A stretch of 11,632 bases of DNA from contig JBBDRO010000056.1 in NCBI GenBank assembly GCA_040905425.1, forward strand, positions 21,645 to 33,276, given 5' to 3'. Within the stretch, counting starts at the first letter, position 1. Every line of letters begins with the position of its first letter. A program made the position numbers and the translations under genes. This DNA comes from Gemmatimonadota bacterium (GTDB lineage Bacteria; Gemmatimonadota; Gemmatimonadetes; Longimicrobiales; RSA9). The notes under the pieces were generated by a model. It ran no database searches, was not told the DNA's origin, and worked only from the letters and a program-made list of their open reading frames with translations. This document shows, piece after piece, positions 1-8,164 of this stretch.

Positions 1-39
1 GTCGACCCCGATGGGGAGCGGTCCTACAGCGCGGGCTGA
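1..39 (+). CDS. Possible 3' end of an upstream gene (VDPDGERSYSAG*)
   Basis: Frame 1 is open from the window edge to TGA at 37-39, with mostly G/C third positions. It is too short to verify. Confidence 0.25.
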   Translation, partial: VDPDGERSYSAG

Positions 40-86
40 GAGGGGCTACCAACGTTCGAGGCCGTCCAGGTCACTCAGGTGCGACA

Positions 87-1715
87 ATGGGATCCCCTCT
101 CGACCGGACTCGACCGATGACTAGCGGACCGACCGCTGCCGCCATTCTTGCCCTGGCACTCTCAGCCGTCCTCACCCCGGCACCGGCTGCGGCCCAGACC
201 ACGGGAGAGGCCCGTCTCTCCGACGACTGGGCAGGTTGGATCTATCTCGACCAGGGGGGTGACCTCCCGGTTCGCGCTCGACTCGGTAACGACTCGGCGC
301 TGCTCGATCTGCCCCACCTCTCCCGATTCGGGCTCCCCGCGCGGGTTGTTGAGGAAGGGCCGGGGCTGCGACTCGATGTCGATCTCGACGGCACACCCAT
401 CCTGCTGGTGGCCCCCTCGCGTGAGGGCGTAACGATCAAGGGGCGCGTACGAATCGGCGACTCGACCGAGGGAGACTTCTGGCTTCACCGGTCGGCGCTG
501 GAGCTCGACCGTGGTGACCCCGAACCCCGCACGGCCTGCACCGGGAGCTACCGCTTTCCCGACGGCCGGAAGGTGACCGTCTTTGCGCGGGGGTGGAACG
601 AGCTCCGCTACTTCGACGGAGCCACCGGCCGGCAGGGTACCCTCTTCGCGACCAGCGACTCGACCTTTTTCACCGGAGAGGCCGAGTACGTCCCGACGGT
701 GGTGACGGGGAGCGTCCTCTGCCGCCGCAATGGGACCGGCGGCGTTCTCGGATGGTCCGAGCCTGAAGGCGACTGGAGCTGGGGCGAGCCCGCCGGGTTC
801 CGCGAGAGGGAGCTCCGATTCGAGAGCGAAGGCGCCGAGCTGGTGGGGACCGTCCTGCTCCCCCCCGGCGAGGGTCCCTTCCCCGCCGCGGTCACCCTGG
901 GCGGAAGCAACTGGACCACCCGGGCGTCGATCCGGGGCGAATCCGAGAGCCTGGCGTCGAACGGCGTCGCCGTGTTGATCTTCGACAAGCGCGGGCACGG
1001 CGAGTCGGGAGGCGATCAGACGGTGCCCTTTGCCACCATTGCAGCCGACGCTCGATCAGGTGCGGAGGCGCTCCGATCGCTTCCGGAAATTCGAGACGAC
1101 GCGGTGGGTGTCTTTGGTCGCAGCCGCGGGGGATGGCCCGCCCCACTCGCCACCGCCGGATCGTCGGCCTTTGCCTTCGTGGTCCTCTTCGTTCCCTCGG
1201 GACGGACACCCGCCGAGCAGGAGACCTATCGCCGTCTCGCGGTACTCGAAGATGCGGGCGCCACCCCCGCAGCACTGCGGAAAGCAAAGCGGTATCTGGA
1301 TCTCATGTACTCCTGGCTCCGCACGGGAGAGGGATGGGAGGCGTACGAGGCGGCCCTTTGGGAGCTGTCCGACGCGGAGTTCTCGGTACTCGGTGGCTCG
1401 GACACACCCGACCCCTCGAGCTGGGAGTGGAACCAGCTCAATGCCCACTTCGATCCCTTTCCCTATTGGGAGCACGTCCGCATTCCGGTGCTGGCGATCT
1501 TCGGTGAAGACGACCGTTCGGTCGAGACTTCGGTGAGTCTGCCTCGGATCTCGGCCGCACTGGCCCGTGGAGGGAACAGCGAGGTGACCCTCCTCGCGAT
1601 CCCCGGAGTTGGCCACAGTCTGCGGACCGGGTTGGGCCCGCAGCTACACCTCTCGACCGGATACGCACAGGAGGTATGGCCCACCGTGAGGGAGTGGCTC
1701 GCCCAGATCCACTGA
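87..1715 (+). CDS. Secreted alpha/beta-fold serine hydrolase (S9/S15 peptidase or esterase-like) with an N-terminal accessory region; alternative start ATG at 117
   Basis: 542-aa ORF. Signal-peptide-like N-terminus (AAAILALALSAVLTPAPAAA|Q). Family-typical FESEGAELVGTVLLPPGEGPFPAAV and FDKRGHGESGG motifs. Nucleophile elbow G-R-S-R-G (Ser codon 1122-1124), acid motif GEDDRSV and His motif GVGHSL occur in S-D-H order. Confidence 0.88.
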   Translation: MGSPLDRTRPMTSGPTAAAILALALSAVLTPAPAAAQTTGEARLSDDWAGWIYLDQGGDLPVRARLGNDSALLDLPHLSRFGLPARVVEEGPGLRLDVDLDGTPILLVAPSREGVTIKGRVRIGDSTEGDFWLHRSALELDRGDPEPRTACTGSYRFPDGRKVTVFARGWNELRYFDGATGRQGTLFATSDSTFFTGEAEYVPTVVTGSVLCRRNGTGGVLGWSEPEGDWSWGEPAGFRERELRFESEGAELVGTVLLPPGEGPFPAAVTLGGSNWTTRASIRGESESLASNGVAVLIFDKRGHGESGGDQTVPFATIAADARSGAEALRSLPEIRDDAVGVFGRSRGGWPAPLATAGSSAFAFVVLFVPSGRTPAEQETYRRLAVLEDAGATPAALRKAKRYLDLMYSWLRTGEGWEAYEAALWELSDAEFSVLGGSDTPDPSSWEWNQLNAHFDPFPYWEHVRIPVLAIFGEDDRSVETSVSLPRISAALARGGNSEVTLLAIPGVGHSLRTGLGPQLHLSTGYAQEVWPTVREWLAQIH

Positions 1716-1862
1716 CGATCGCCCGAGGGGCTCGGATCCACGGCACGATCAGGCCCCCGCCGTGGCCGCCCTGGGTAGCAGGCGACGAGCCCGGGTGGCG
1801 CGCGTGGATCCCGGCGGCCTGCTCCGCGCCGAGTGAGGCGTGACGCAGGGGCGCTACCGACT

Positions 1863-4544
1863 CTACTCCCGGAGCGCCTGCGTGGGAGGCACCCGCAGCG
1901 CGCGCACCGCCGGCACCGCACTGGCCGCCAGGGCCGCTGCGGTGAGGAGGCCTGCGCCCGCGGCCCAGGCCACGGGATCGGTGGGCGCCACGCCTTCCAG
2001 CAGCGAGGTGAGCAGCCGCCCCGCGCCCCACGCTCCCAGTGTCCCCGCCACGAGCCCGAGTACCGTCAGCCGCGCCCCCTGCCGGAGGACCAGGCGCACC
2101 ACGTCCCCGCCCGTGGCGCCCAGCGCCTGCCGCACCCCGAACTCACGCCGCCGCTCCCCAACCACGAAGGCCACGACGCCATAGATCCCCACCACCGCAA
2201 GCACCAGCGCCACACCGCCGAAGAGGGCAAAGAGGGTCACGGTGAGCCGCCGGGTGGCACTGGCCCGCCGCACCACCGCCGCCATGGGCTCCACGCTGTA
2301 GAGCGGGAGACCCGGATCCACCTCCGCCACCGCCGCCCGAAGGGTGGCCACCTGGTCCAGGGGATTCCCCTCCGCGCGCACCGCCAGCCCCACGGTGCGC
2401 TGCACGGTGGACCAGTACCACGAGGGCACCCGGGTGTACGGGAAGAAGAGCTCGGGAACCGGCGGCTCGGCCGCTCCCTGGCTACGCGTATCCCCCACGA
2501 CGCCCACGATCTCGCGCCATACCACCACGTCGGGAGACCCCTCCCAGGCGGCAATGCGGCGCCCCACCACCGGCTGGAAGGCGGGATCGAAGGCCGTGAG
2601 GCGGCGCGCCAGCTCCTCGTTGACCAGGACCACGTGAGGCGCCTGGGCCCGCAGGTCCGACTCCGTGAGCGCGCGCCCCGCCTTCAGCTCCATGCCGAAG
2701 GTGTCCAGGAATCCGGGGCTGACGGCCCGCTGGTGGGGGGATGGGATGGTGGACAGATCGTAGTCGATGGGCTCCGGGTAGATCCCGGAGTCGAACCCCA
2801 CCCCCGTGAGGGGGATGTGGCTGAGGAGCGCCGCCGAGCGTACGCCCGGCGCTGCCTCGAGATGCTCCAGCATGGTGCCGAAAGCGGCGTTCACCGCTTC
2901 GGGAGACTCATAGCCGGCTGCCGGCAGGGAGACGTGGGCGGTCATGACATCGTCGGCCACGAAGCCGGGGGGGACGTTGGAGAGGCGCGCCGAGCTTCGC
3001 ACCAGCAGTGCCGAAGCCACCAGGAGGGTGAGCGCGCACGCCACCTCCACCACCACCAGCCCGGAGCGGACGCGGTCCCGCCCGGGGGTGCCGCCCCGCC
3101 CGCCCTCCCGCAGCGCCCCCTGGAGGTTCCGCGTGGAGCGTAGAGCGGGCGCCAGTCCGAACGCCAGGCCAGCCAGGACGGTGAGTGCCACCGCGAAAAG
3201 GACGGCCGGGCCGTTCAGGGTGACTGCCGCCAGGCGCGGCACGCCCTGGGCCACCGCCAGCCCCCGGAGTGCGCCCACCCCTGCATGTGCCACCGCGAGC
3301 CCCGCGGCGCCGCCGATGACGGCAAGGAGTAAGCTCTCGGTGAGAAGCTGCCCCACGATGCGCCGCCGACTGCCGCCCAGCGCCACCCGCACGGCCACCT
3401 CGCTCCGCCGCGCCGCGCTGCGGGCCAACAGGAGACTGGCCACATTTACCACCGCCATCACCAGGACGAAGGCCACGGCCGCGAACATGGCCAGGACCAG
3501 CGCGCGGGTGTTGCGCACGAGTTCGGCGGAGAGGGGAGCCGCATGAACGCCGCGGTCGGCCATGGCTTGCGGCGCCCGCTCCGCGATGCCCAGGGTGAGG
3601 CGCTCCAGCTCGGCACGGACAGCGTCGAGCGTTGCGTCGGATCGGTGGCGCGCCAGGAGGCGCAGCCCGTGACTCCCGAAATTCTCCGCCTCGGAGGGCT
3701 CGAACGCCGCGGGGACGAAGAGCTGGTCCTGCCCCGGCACCTGCGTGAACTCCCGGGGCGTCACCCCCACCACCGTATAGGTCTGCTGGTTCAGGCGGAT
3801 GGTGCTCCCCACCACGTCGCGGTCGCCGCCGAAACGCGCCTGCCACGTGGTCCACCCCAGGACCGCAACCTGCGCGGCGGGCCATTCCCCTTCATCCTCG
3901 GTGAAGTAGCGCCCGGCCGCCGGCGGGGCATCCAGCACCTGGAAGTAGGAGGGCGTGACCTCGGCCCCGAGGAGCCGCTCCGGGTCTCCGCCGTGATCCA
4001 GGTTGAAGCTGGCCTCGTCGTAGGCGGCCACCGCTTCCAGCGTGCCCGCCTCCGTGGCGTATGTCAGGAAGTGCCCGGGGGAGGCGCGTCCCCGGTCGAA
4101 GCCCCGCCAGGTCTCATAGATGACCACGATCCGTTCGCCACCGGCGAAGGGAAGGGGGCGCAGCAGGGTGGCATCCACCACGCTGAAGAGGGCCGTCACG
4201 CCCCCGATCCCCAGCGCCAGGGTGGCCACCACCGCCGCGGTGAGGACGGGTGTCCTGCGCAGCTGGCGCACCCCGAACACCAGGTCCCGCCGCACGTCCC
4301 CGAACCAGCGGCGCCGGCGGCGCGCCCCGTCCCGCTTGGCGGCCAGGCGCCGGCAGCGCGCTTCCACCTCGGCCATGTCCCCGAAACCGCGGCGGGCCTC
4401 TGCGCGCGCCTCCGTGGGGCTCAGCCCCTCCTCGATCAGTTCCCTGGTGCGCAGCTCCAGGTGGAAGGCAAACTCGTCCGCCACTTCCCGTCGGGCGTTC
4501 TCGACCGGCGGCCGGGAGCGGCGCTCGGACGGCATCTCCACCAT
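1863..4544 (-). CDS. ADOP-type duplicated ABC permease (2x MacB-periplasmic + FtsX), 893 aa, with 'permease prefix 1'-type N-terminus (module 1)
   Basis: Start reassigned from the track's 4820 to ATG 4544 (MVEMPSERR), which has an AGGAGG RBS and lies 1 nt after the padR stop. Motifs: EVADEFAFHLELRTRELIEEGLSPTEARAEARRGFGD, TLALGIGGVTALFSVVDATLLRPLPF, VNVASLLLARSAARRSEVAVRVALG, GIYGVVAFVVGERRREFGVRQALGA, and C-terminal PAVRALRVPPTQALRE. Confidence 0.93.
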   Translation of the reverse strand: MVEMPSERRSRPPVENARREVADEFAFHLELRTRELIEEGLSPTEARAEARRGFGDMAEVEARCRRLAAKRDGARRRRRWFGDVRRDLVFGVRQLRRTPVLTAAVVATLALGIGGVTALFSVVDATLLRPLPFAGGERIVVIYETWRGFDRGRASPGHFLTYATEAGTLEAVAAYDEASFNLDHGGDPERLLGAEVTPSYFQVLDAPPAAGRYFTEDEGEWPAAQVAVLGWTTWQARFGGDRDVVGSTIRLNQQTYTVVGVTPREFTQVPGQDQLFVPAAFEPSEAENFGSHGLRLLARHRSDATLDAVRAELERLTLGIAERAPQAMADRGVHAAPLSAELVRNTRALVLAMFAAVAFVLVMAVVNVASLLLARSAARRSEVAVRVALGGSRRRIVGQLLTESLLLAVIGGAAGLAVAHAGVGALRGLAVAQGVPRLAAVTLNGPAVLFAVALTVLAGLAFGLAPALRSTRNLQGALREGGRGGTPGRDRVRSGLVVVEVACALTLLVASALLVRSSARLSNVPPGFVADDVMTAHVSLPAAGYESPEAVNAAFGTMLEHLEAAPGVRSAALLSHIPLTGVGFDSGIYPEPIDYDLSTIPSPHQRAVSPGFLDTFGMELKAGRALTESDLRAQAPHVVLVNEELARRLTAFDPAFQPVVGRRIAAWEGSPDVVVWREIVGVVGDTRSQGAAEPPVPELFFPYTRVPSWYWSTVQRTVGLAVRAEGNPLDQVATLRAAVAEVDPGLPLYSVEPMAAVVRRASATRRLTVTLFALFGGVALVLAVVGIYGVVAFVVGERRREFGVRQALGATGGDVVRLVLRQGARLTVLGLVAGTLGAWGAGRLLTSLLEGVAPTDPVAWAAGAGLLTAAALAASAVPAVRALRVPPTQALRE

Positions 4545-4545
4545 T

Positions 4546-4878
4546 TCAGCCCTCCTGTCCGGCCGCCAGGACCCGCCCCACCGCGGCGGAGAAGGCGTTC
4601 CACCCCGCCGTTCCCGTAGCCACCCGCCGCTCCCCCTCGCGGGTGAGGCGGTAATACTTGGCGCGCCGGTTGTTCTCGGATGTACCCCACTCGGCCTCGA
4701 GGAGGCCCTTCCGCTCCAGCCGGTAGAGGGCCGGGTAGAGGGACCCCTCGTCCACGCGCAGCTCGGCCCCGCCCTTCTCCTCCAGCCACTTGCCCACGCC
4801 AAAGCCGTGCATGGGGCCACGGCCCAGCGCCGTGAGGATGAGTACGTCCAGCGTGCCGTGGAGATGGTCCGACTTCAT
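4546..4878 (-). CDS. PadR-family transcriptional regulator, acidobacterial/ADOP-associated type, 110 aa (module 1)
   Basis: ATG 4878 is preceded by AGGGAGGG. Sequence MKSDHLHGTLDVLIL...HGFG...GSLYPALYRLERKGLLEAEWGTSENNRRAKYYRLTREG is a typical PadR winged helix. The track's N-terminal extension to 5088 is rejected. Confidence 0.93.
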   Translation of the reverse strand: MKSDHLHGTLDVLILTALGRGPMHGFGVGKWLEEKGGAELRVDEGSLYPALYRLERKGLLEAEWGTSENNRRAKYYRLTREGERRVATGTAGWNAFSAAVGRVLAAGQEG

Positions 4879-4884
4879 GGTGCC

Positions 4885-4941
4885 CTCCCTTAGATAGTCT
4901 GAGGGAAGATACGGGTGCTCCCTTGGACTGTCCAGGGGAAG
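4885..4941. promoter_or_regulatory. Pair of palindromic putative PadR operators, 33 bp apart
   Basis: CTCCCTTAGATAGTCTGAGGGAAG (4885-4908) and CTCCCTTGGACTGTCCAGGGGAAG (4918-4941) are 18/24 identical, and each is an imperfect palindrome. One covers the -35; the other covers the predicted TSS and RBS. Confidence 0.72.
4906..4934 (-). promoter_or_regulatory. sigma70-like promoter for module 1: -35 TGGACA (4934-4929), 17-bp spacer, -10 TATCTT (4911-4906)
   Basis: Near-consensus hexamers with optimal spacing, ending 27 nt upstream of the padR ATG. Confidence 0.65.
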
Positions 4942-5053
4942 CCGCAGCGGACGTGGCCAGCCCGAGGCGGCGCTCGCCGATGAGCCTGCGTCCACAATGT
5001 GCATCGGTGGCGCTGTGCGGCATTGGAGGCGCCGCTGCACCGGGGCGGATCGA

Positions 5054-7750
5054 CTACCCCTCCGTGCGCAACGCGTCGGCGGGGGCAATGCGCAGCACCC
5101 GCAAGGTGGGCACCACGCAGGCGGTGAGGCACACGGCCGTCATAAGCAGGAAGTACGCCACCGTCAGGGCCGCCCATTTCAGGTCCGGGAGTCCGCCGCC
5201 GCTGGCCATGGCCAGCCCGGGGAAGAGGCCCACGCCCACTGCCGTGCCCAGGATCACCTGCACGAAGGGACGCCGGAACACCGCGCGGACGACGGCCGTT
5301 CGGCTGGAGCCCAGCGCCATGCGAATGCCGATCTCGCGCGTGCGCTGCGCCGCTGTGAATGCCAGGACGGCGTACACCCCGCCCAGGGAGAGCACCAGGC
5401 TTACCACCGTTACGGCCACCAGCAGCCTGAACCAGAAGTCGTAGAACTCCCGGGTGGACTCTGTCACCCGGTCCAGCGTGCGCAGCTCCGCCACGCGCAT
5501 GGCCGGGTCCAGAGCCGTAGTGGCGGTGCGGAGCTCGTGGGCAAAGTCCATGGCGTTCCCCGAACGGACGTGCACCACCGCGTTCATGCCGCGCGTGCCA
5601 CCCGGCTCCACCGGATGGAAGATGCCGTGGGGTCCGTATCCCGAGCGGGTGCCCAGGTCCGGGACCACGCCCACGATCTCCAGCCAGGGGCCGGGCGCCT
5701 GATCCGGGTCGCGGTACTCCTCGGTGGCCAGGTAGCGGATGCGCCGCCCCACGGGGCTCTGACCGGCCAGCACCCGGTCCGCGAAGGTCCGGGTCACGAT
5801 GACCACCCCGGGCCCGGCTGGATCACTGGCGGTGAAGTTGCGGCCGGACAGGACGGGCGTGCGCATCACGTCGAAGTAGTCCACCGCCACCGAGGTGCTG
5901 GCCAGGCGATGGCCCCGCGCGTCGGGCGGCGGTGCGGCGCCCCCTTCCACCTCGATCTGCCGCCACGGGTGGTATTCCCGGGGGAGCCTCTCAGTGAACG
6001 TGACGCCGCCCACCCGGGGATCGGCGGTGAGCCGCTCGTCCAGGCGCTGGAGGGTGGCGGCGAAGCGGCGCGCGCGGTCGGCGGCGGCCGCGTTGCCTGA
6101 TACTCCGGGGTCATCCATGGCCAGGCGCGCGGCCAGGTAGGCCTCACCCTGAATGGGCAGATCCTCCAGGAGCTCCTTCTGTCCTTCCTGCCGCGTGGCC
6201 ACCGTGACAATGGGCACGTTCACCATCACGGCAATCTGGATCACGATGAGGGCGGTCCAGATGCCGCCGAAGCGGAAGCCGCCGCCGCCGGCCGTGGCGC
6301 GCCGCAACTGGTCGCCGATCCCACGGGTGACCTTGATCCCGGGCAGCCCTCCAGCCACCGCGGCCACGAGCACGGTGAGGAGCATCGTGTAGACCACGGT
6401 TTCCGCCGACAGGCCCGGCCGGAACCAGAAGGGCAGGCTGGCGCCGTCGTTGAGGTGTTCCACCGCCGCGAAGAGTCCCCGCATCCCGTAGCCGGTGGCG
6501 GCCAGGCCCAGGACGGCTGCCAGCGTGGCCAGCACCAGCGCCTCGGCAAAGAGCTGCCCGATGATGCGACCCCGGCTGGCGCCCAGAGCGCTGCGCACCA
6601 CCATCTCCCCCTCCCGAGCCGCGGCGCGGGCAAAGAGGAGGAGCGCCACGTTCCCCGCCACCAGCACGATGAAGAGGAGGATGGGGAGGTTGCTGGCCAT
6701 GAGGACGGTCGTGATGAGCCCGCCCGACACGGACCCGGGCAGCCCCAGCACCGATCGGGCATACGGCGTGACCTGCGGCCGGATGTGCTGGTAGGTGGCA
6801 GGATACTCCGCCGCGAGCCCCGCGTTGAGGCGCTCCAGCTCCCGCCGCGCGTCATCGAGCGATGCGTGCGCGGCCAGCCGACCAAAGACCCTGATCTCCG
6901 GCCCTTCACCGGGTGCCACCGTCCCGGTGCCGAACCGTTCGGGGGTCCACACGCCGTGCATCACCGGGAAGGCGAAGCCTGCGGGCATGACGCCCACCAC
7001 GGTGCGCACCTCGTCCCCCAGGCGCACGGTGGTGCCGATGATCGCGGGGTCGCCGCCGAAACGGCGCTGCCAGACGCCATGGCCGATGATCACCACCCCC
7101 TTGGAGCCCCGGGCGGCGTCGGCCTCCGTGAACGGCCGTCCTAGCGCCGGCGCCACGCCCGCCACCCGGAAGCCCGAGGGGGTCATCTGCGCCACGATCT
7201 CCGGCAGTCCGGGTCCGTCGGCGGTGGTGAGGTTCCGGCGGGCGGTGCGGTAGGCGCCGACCGCCTCCATCGTGGTGAGCTCCCGCTGCCAGAGCGCCAG
7301 TTCGAACGCGGCCTGCTCCTCTTCGCTTCCGGCGGCGGCGTTCCAGAGGCGGATGCCCACCACGCGGTCGCCCTCCGGGAGCGGGAGCTCGGGGCGCGCC
7401 ACCTGGGTGAGGAACTCATACGTGCCCGCACCCACGAAGATGGCGAAGGCCATGGCCAGGCCGCCCAGCACCGTGAGCCCCGGGTAGCGCACGAGCATGC
7501 GCATGCCCAGCACGAAGTCCAGGCGGGAGATGGCGAAGCGTGGTCCTCGGCGCCCGGGAGCGGAGCGCACCATGAGCATGGCCCGGCCCACGTCCAGCGT
7601 CTCCACGGCGGTGAGGACGGTGCCCACGATCCGCCCCCGCCGACGCACCCGGAGGGCGTGGGCCTCGTCCAGGTCCCCCACCAGCTCCTCCCGCCGGTGC
7701 GGGGGCGCCAGCAGCCGCAGCAGTCCCCGGCACCATGCCGGCGCCGTCAC
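5054..7750 (-). CDS. ADOP-like duplicated ABC permease, 898 aa, with 'permease prefix 2'-type N-terminus (module 2)
   Basis: The GTG start overlaps the padR stop (GTGA, 7747-7750). N-terminus LLRLLAPPHRREELVGDLDE. Motifs GNVALLLFARAAAREGEMVVRSALGASRGRIIGQLFAE, GVYAVLAFTAAQRTREIGIRMALG and C-terminal PTLRVLRIAPADALRTEG. Confidence 0.92.
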   Translation of the reverse strand: MTAPAWCRGLLRLLAPPHRREELVGDLDEAHALRVRRRGRIVGTVLTAVETLDVGRAMLMVRSAPGRRGPRFAISRLDFVLGMRMLVRYPGLTVLGGLAMAFAIFVGAGTYEFLTQVARPELPLPEGDRVVGIRLWNAAAGSEEEQAAFELALWQRELTTMEAVGAYRTARRNLTTADGPGLPEIVAQMTPSGFRVAGVAPALGRPFTEADAARGSKGVVIIGHGVWQRRFGGDPAIIGTTVRLGDEVRTVVGVMPAGFAFPVMHGVWTPERFGTGTVAPGEGPEIRVFGRLAAHASLDDARRELERLNAGLAAEYPATYQHIRPQVTPYARSVLGLPGSVSGGLITTVLMASNLPILLFIVLVAGNVALLLFARAAAREGEMVVRSALGASRGRIIGQLFAEALVLATLAAVLGLAATGYGMRGLFAAVEHLNDGASLPFWFRPGLSAETVVYTMLLTVLVAAVAGGLPGIKVTRGIGDQLRRATAGGGGFRFGGIWTALIVIQIAVMVNVPIVTVATRQEGQKELLEDLPIQGEAYLAARLAMDDPGVSGNAAAADRARRFAATLQRLDERLTADPRVGGVTFTERLPREYHPWRQIEVEGGAAPPPDARGHRLASTSVAVDYFDVMRTPVLSGRNFTASDPAGPGVVIVTRTFADRVLAGQSPVGRRIRYLATEEYRDPDQAPGPWLEIVGVVPDLGTRSGYGPHGIFHPVEPGGTRGMNAVVHVRSGNAMDFAHELRTATTALDPAMRVAELRTLDRVTESTREFYDFWFRLLVAVTVVSLVLSLGGVYAVLAFTAAQRTREIGIRMALGSSRTAVVRAVFRRPFVQVILGTAVGVGLFPGLAMASGGGLPDLKWAALTVAYFLLMTAVCLTACVVPTLRVLRIAPADALRTEG

Positions 7751-8082
7751 CGGACCCCACCCAGCAGGTGGCCGAGCTCGCCCGACATGGCGTGGATGGC
7801 CTGCGTCGTCGCGCGGACGGCCTGGAGGCCGGCGGGCTCCACCTCCACGAGCCGCGGCGGTCGTCCGCCGCGCTCGGCGCGCGGCTCACCCAGCATGCTG
7901 GTGATGAAGCCCTTGGTTTCCAGCCGCTGGAGCGTGGTGTAGACGTTGGCACGGCGCACGACCCGCCCCGTCCGGGCGTGGATGTCCTCGGCTATGCTGA
8001 CGGCGTACGCCTCCTCCGGCCCCAGGCGGAGGGCGCTCAGCATGACCAGCAGCTCGAATTCAGCGAGTGATTCCGTACCCAT
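7747..8082 (-). CDS. PadR-family transcriptional regulator, second subtype, 111 aa (module 2)
   Basis: ATG 8082 has GGAGG 7 nt upstream. Sequence LAEFELLVMLSALRL...AYAVSIAEDI...ANVYTTLQRLETKGFITS...ERGGRPPR is a winged helix. Confidence 0.9.
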   Translation of the reverse strand: MGTESLAEFELLVMLSALRLGPEEAYAVSIAEDIHARTGRVVRRANVYTTLQRLETKGFITSMLGEPRAERGGRPPRLVEVEPAGLQAVRATTQAIHAMSGELGHLLGGVR

Positions 8083-8100
8083 GACAACGCCTCCGAGGTT

Positions 8101-8117
8101 TGAACACATTGTGATCA
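8101..8117. promoter_or_regulatory. Palindromic putative operator TGAACACA-T-TGTGATCA
   Basis: AT-rich 17-bp palindrome with one mismatched pair, overlapping the -10 and predicted TSS of module 2. Confidence 0.68.
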
Positions 8118-8142
8118 TACTTGGGAGGCGCGCCCGCTGCAA
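8114..8142 (-). promoter_or_regulatory. sigma70-like promoter for module 2: -35 TTGCAG (8142-8137), 17-bp spacer, -10 TATGAT (8119-8114)
   Basis: The -10 is a 5/6 match to TATAAT, the -35 starts with TTG, the spacer is 17 bp, and it sits in the short intergenic region upstream of padR. Confidence 0.72.
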
Positions 8143-8164
8143 GGGTTTCTTTGGGAGCTCCGAT

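Noticed and set aside
162..1616. Minus-strand ORFs over the hydrolase (162..998, 1056..1616 and others)
   Set aside because: These are antisense shadows of a well-supported + strand gene.
1716..1862. Terminator or structured RNA in the convergent intergenic region (CCGAG-GGG-CTCGG at 1723-1735; GGATCCACG 1734-1742 with CGTGGATCC 1803-1811)
   Set aside because: The stems are short, the DNA is very GC-rich and there is no U-tract on either strand, so this cannot be distinguished from chance.
4545..5088. N-terminal extensions in the ORF track (permease start 4820, padR start 5088; likewise 8142, 11065 and 11217)
   Set aside because: The extensions run through neighbouring genes or promoter regions and have non-family sequence. 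The downstream starts have a clear RBS or stop-start coupling.
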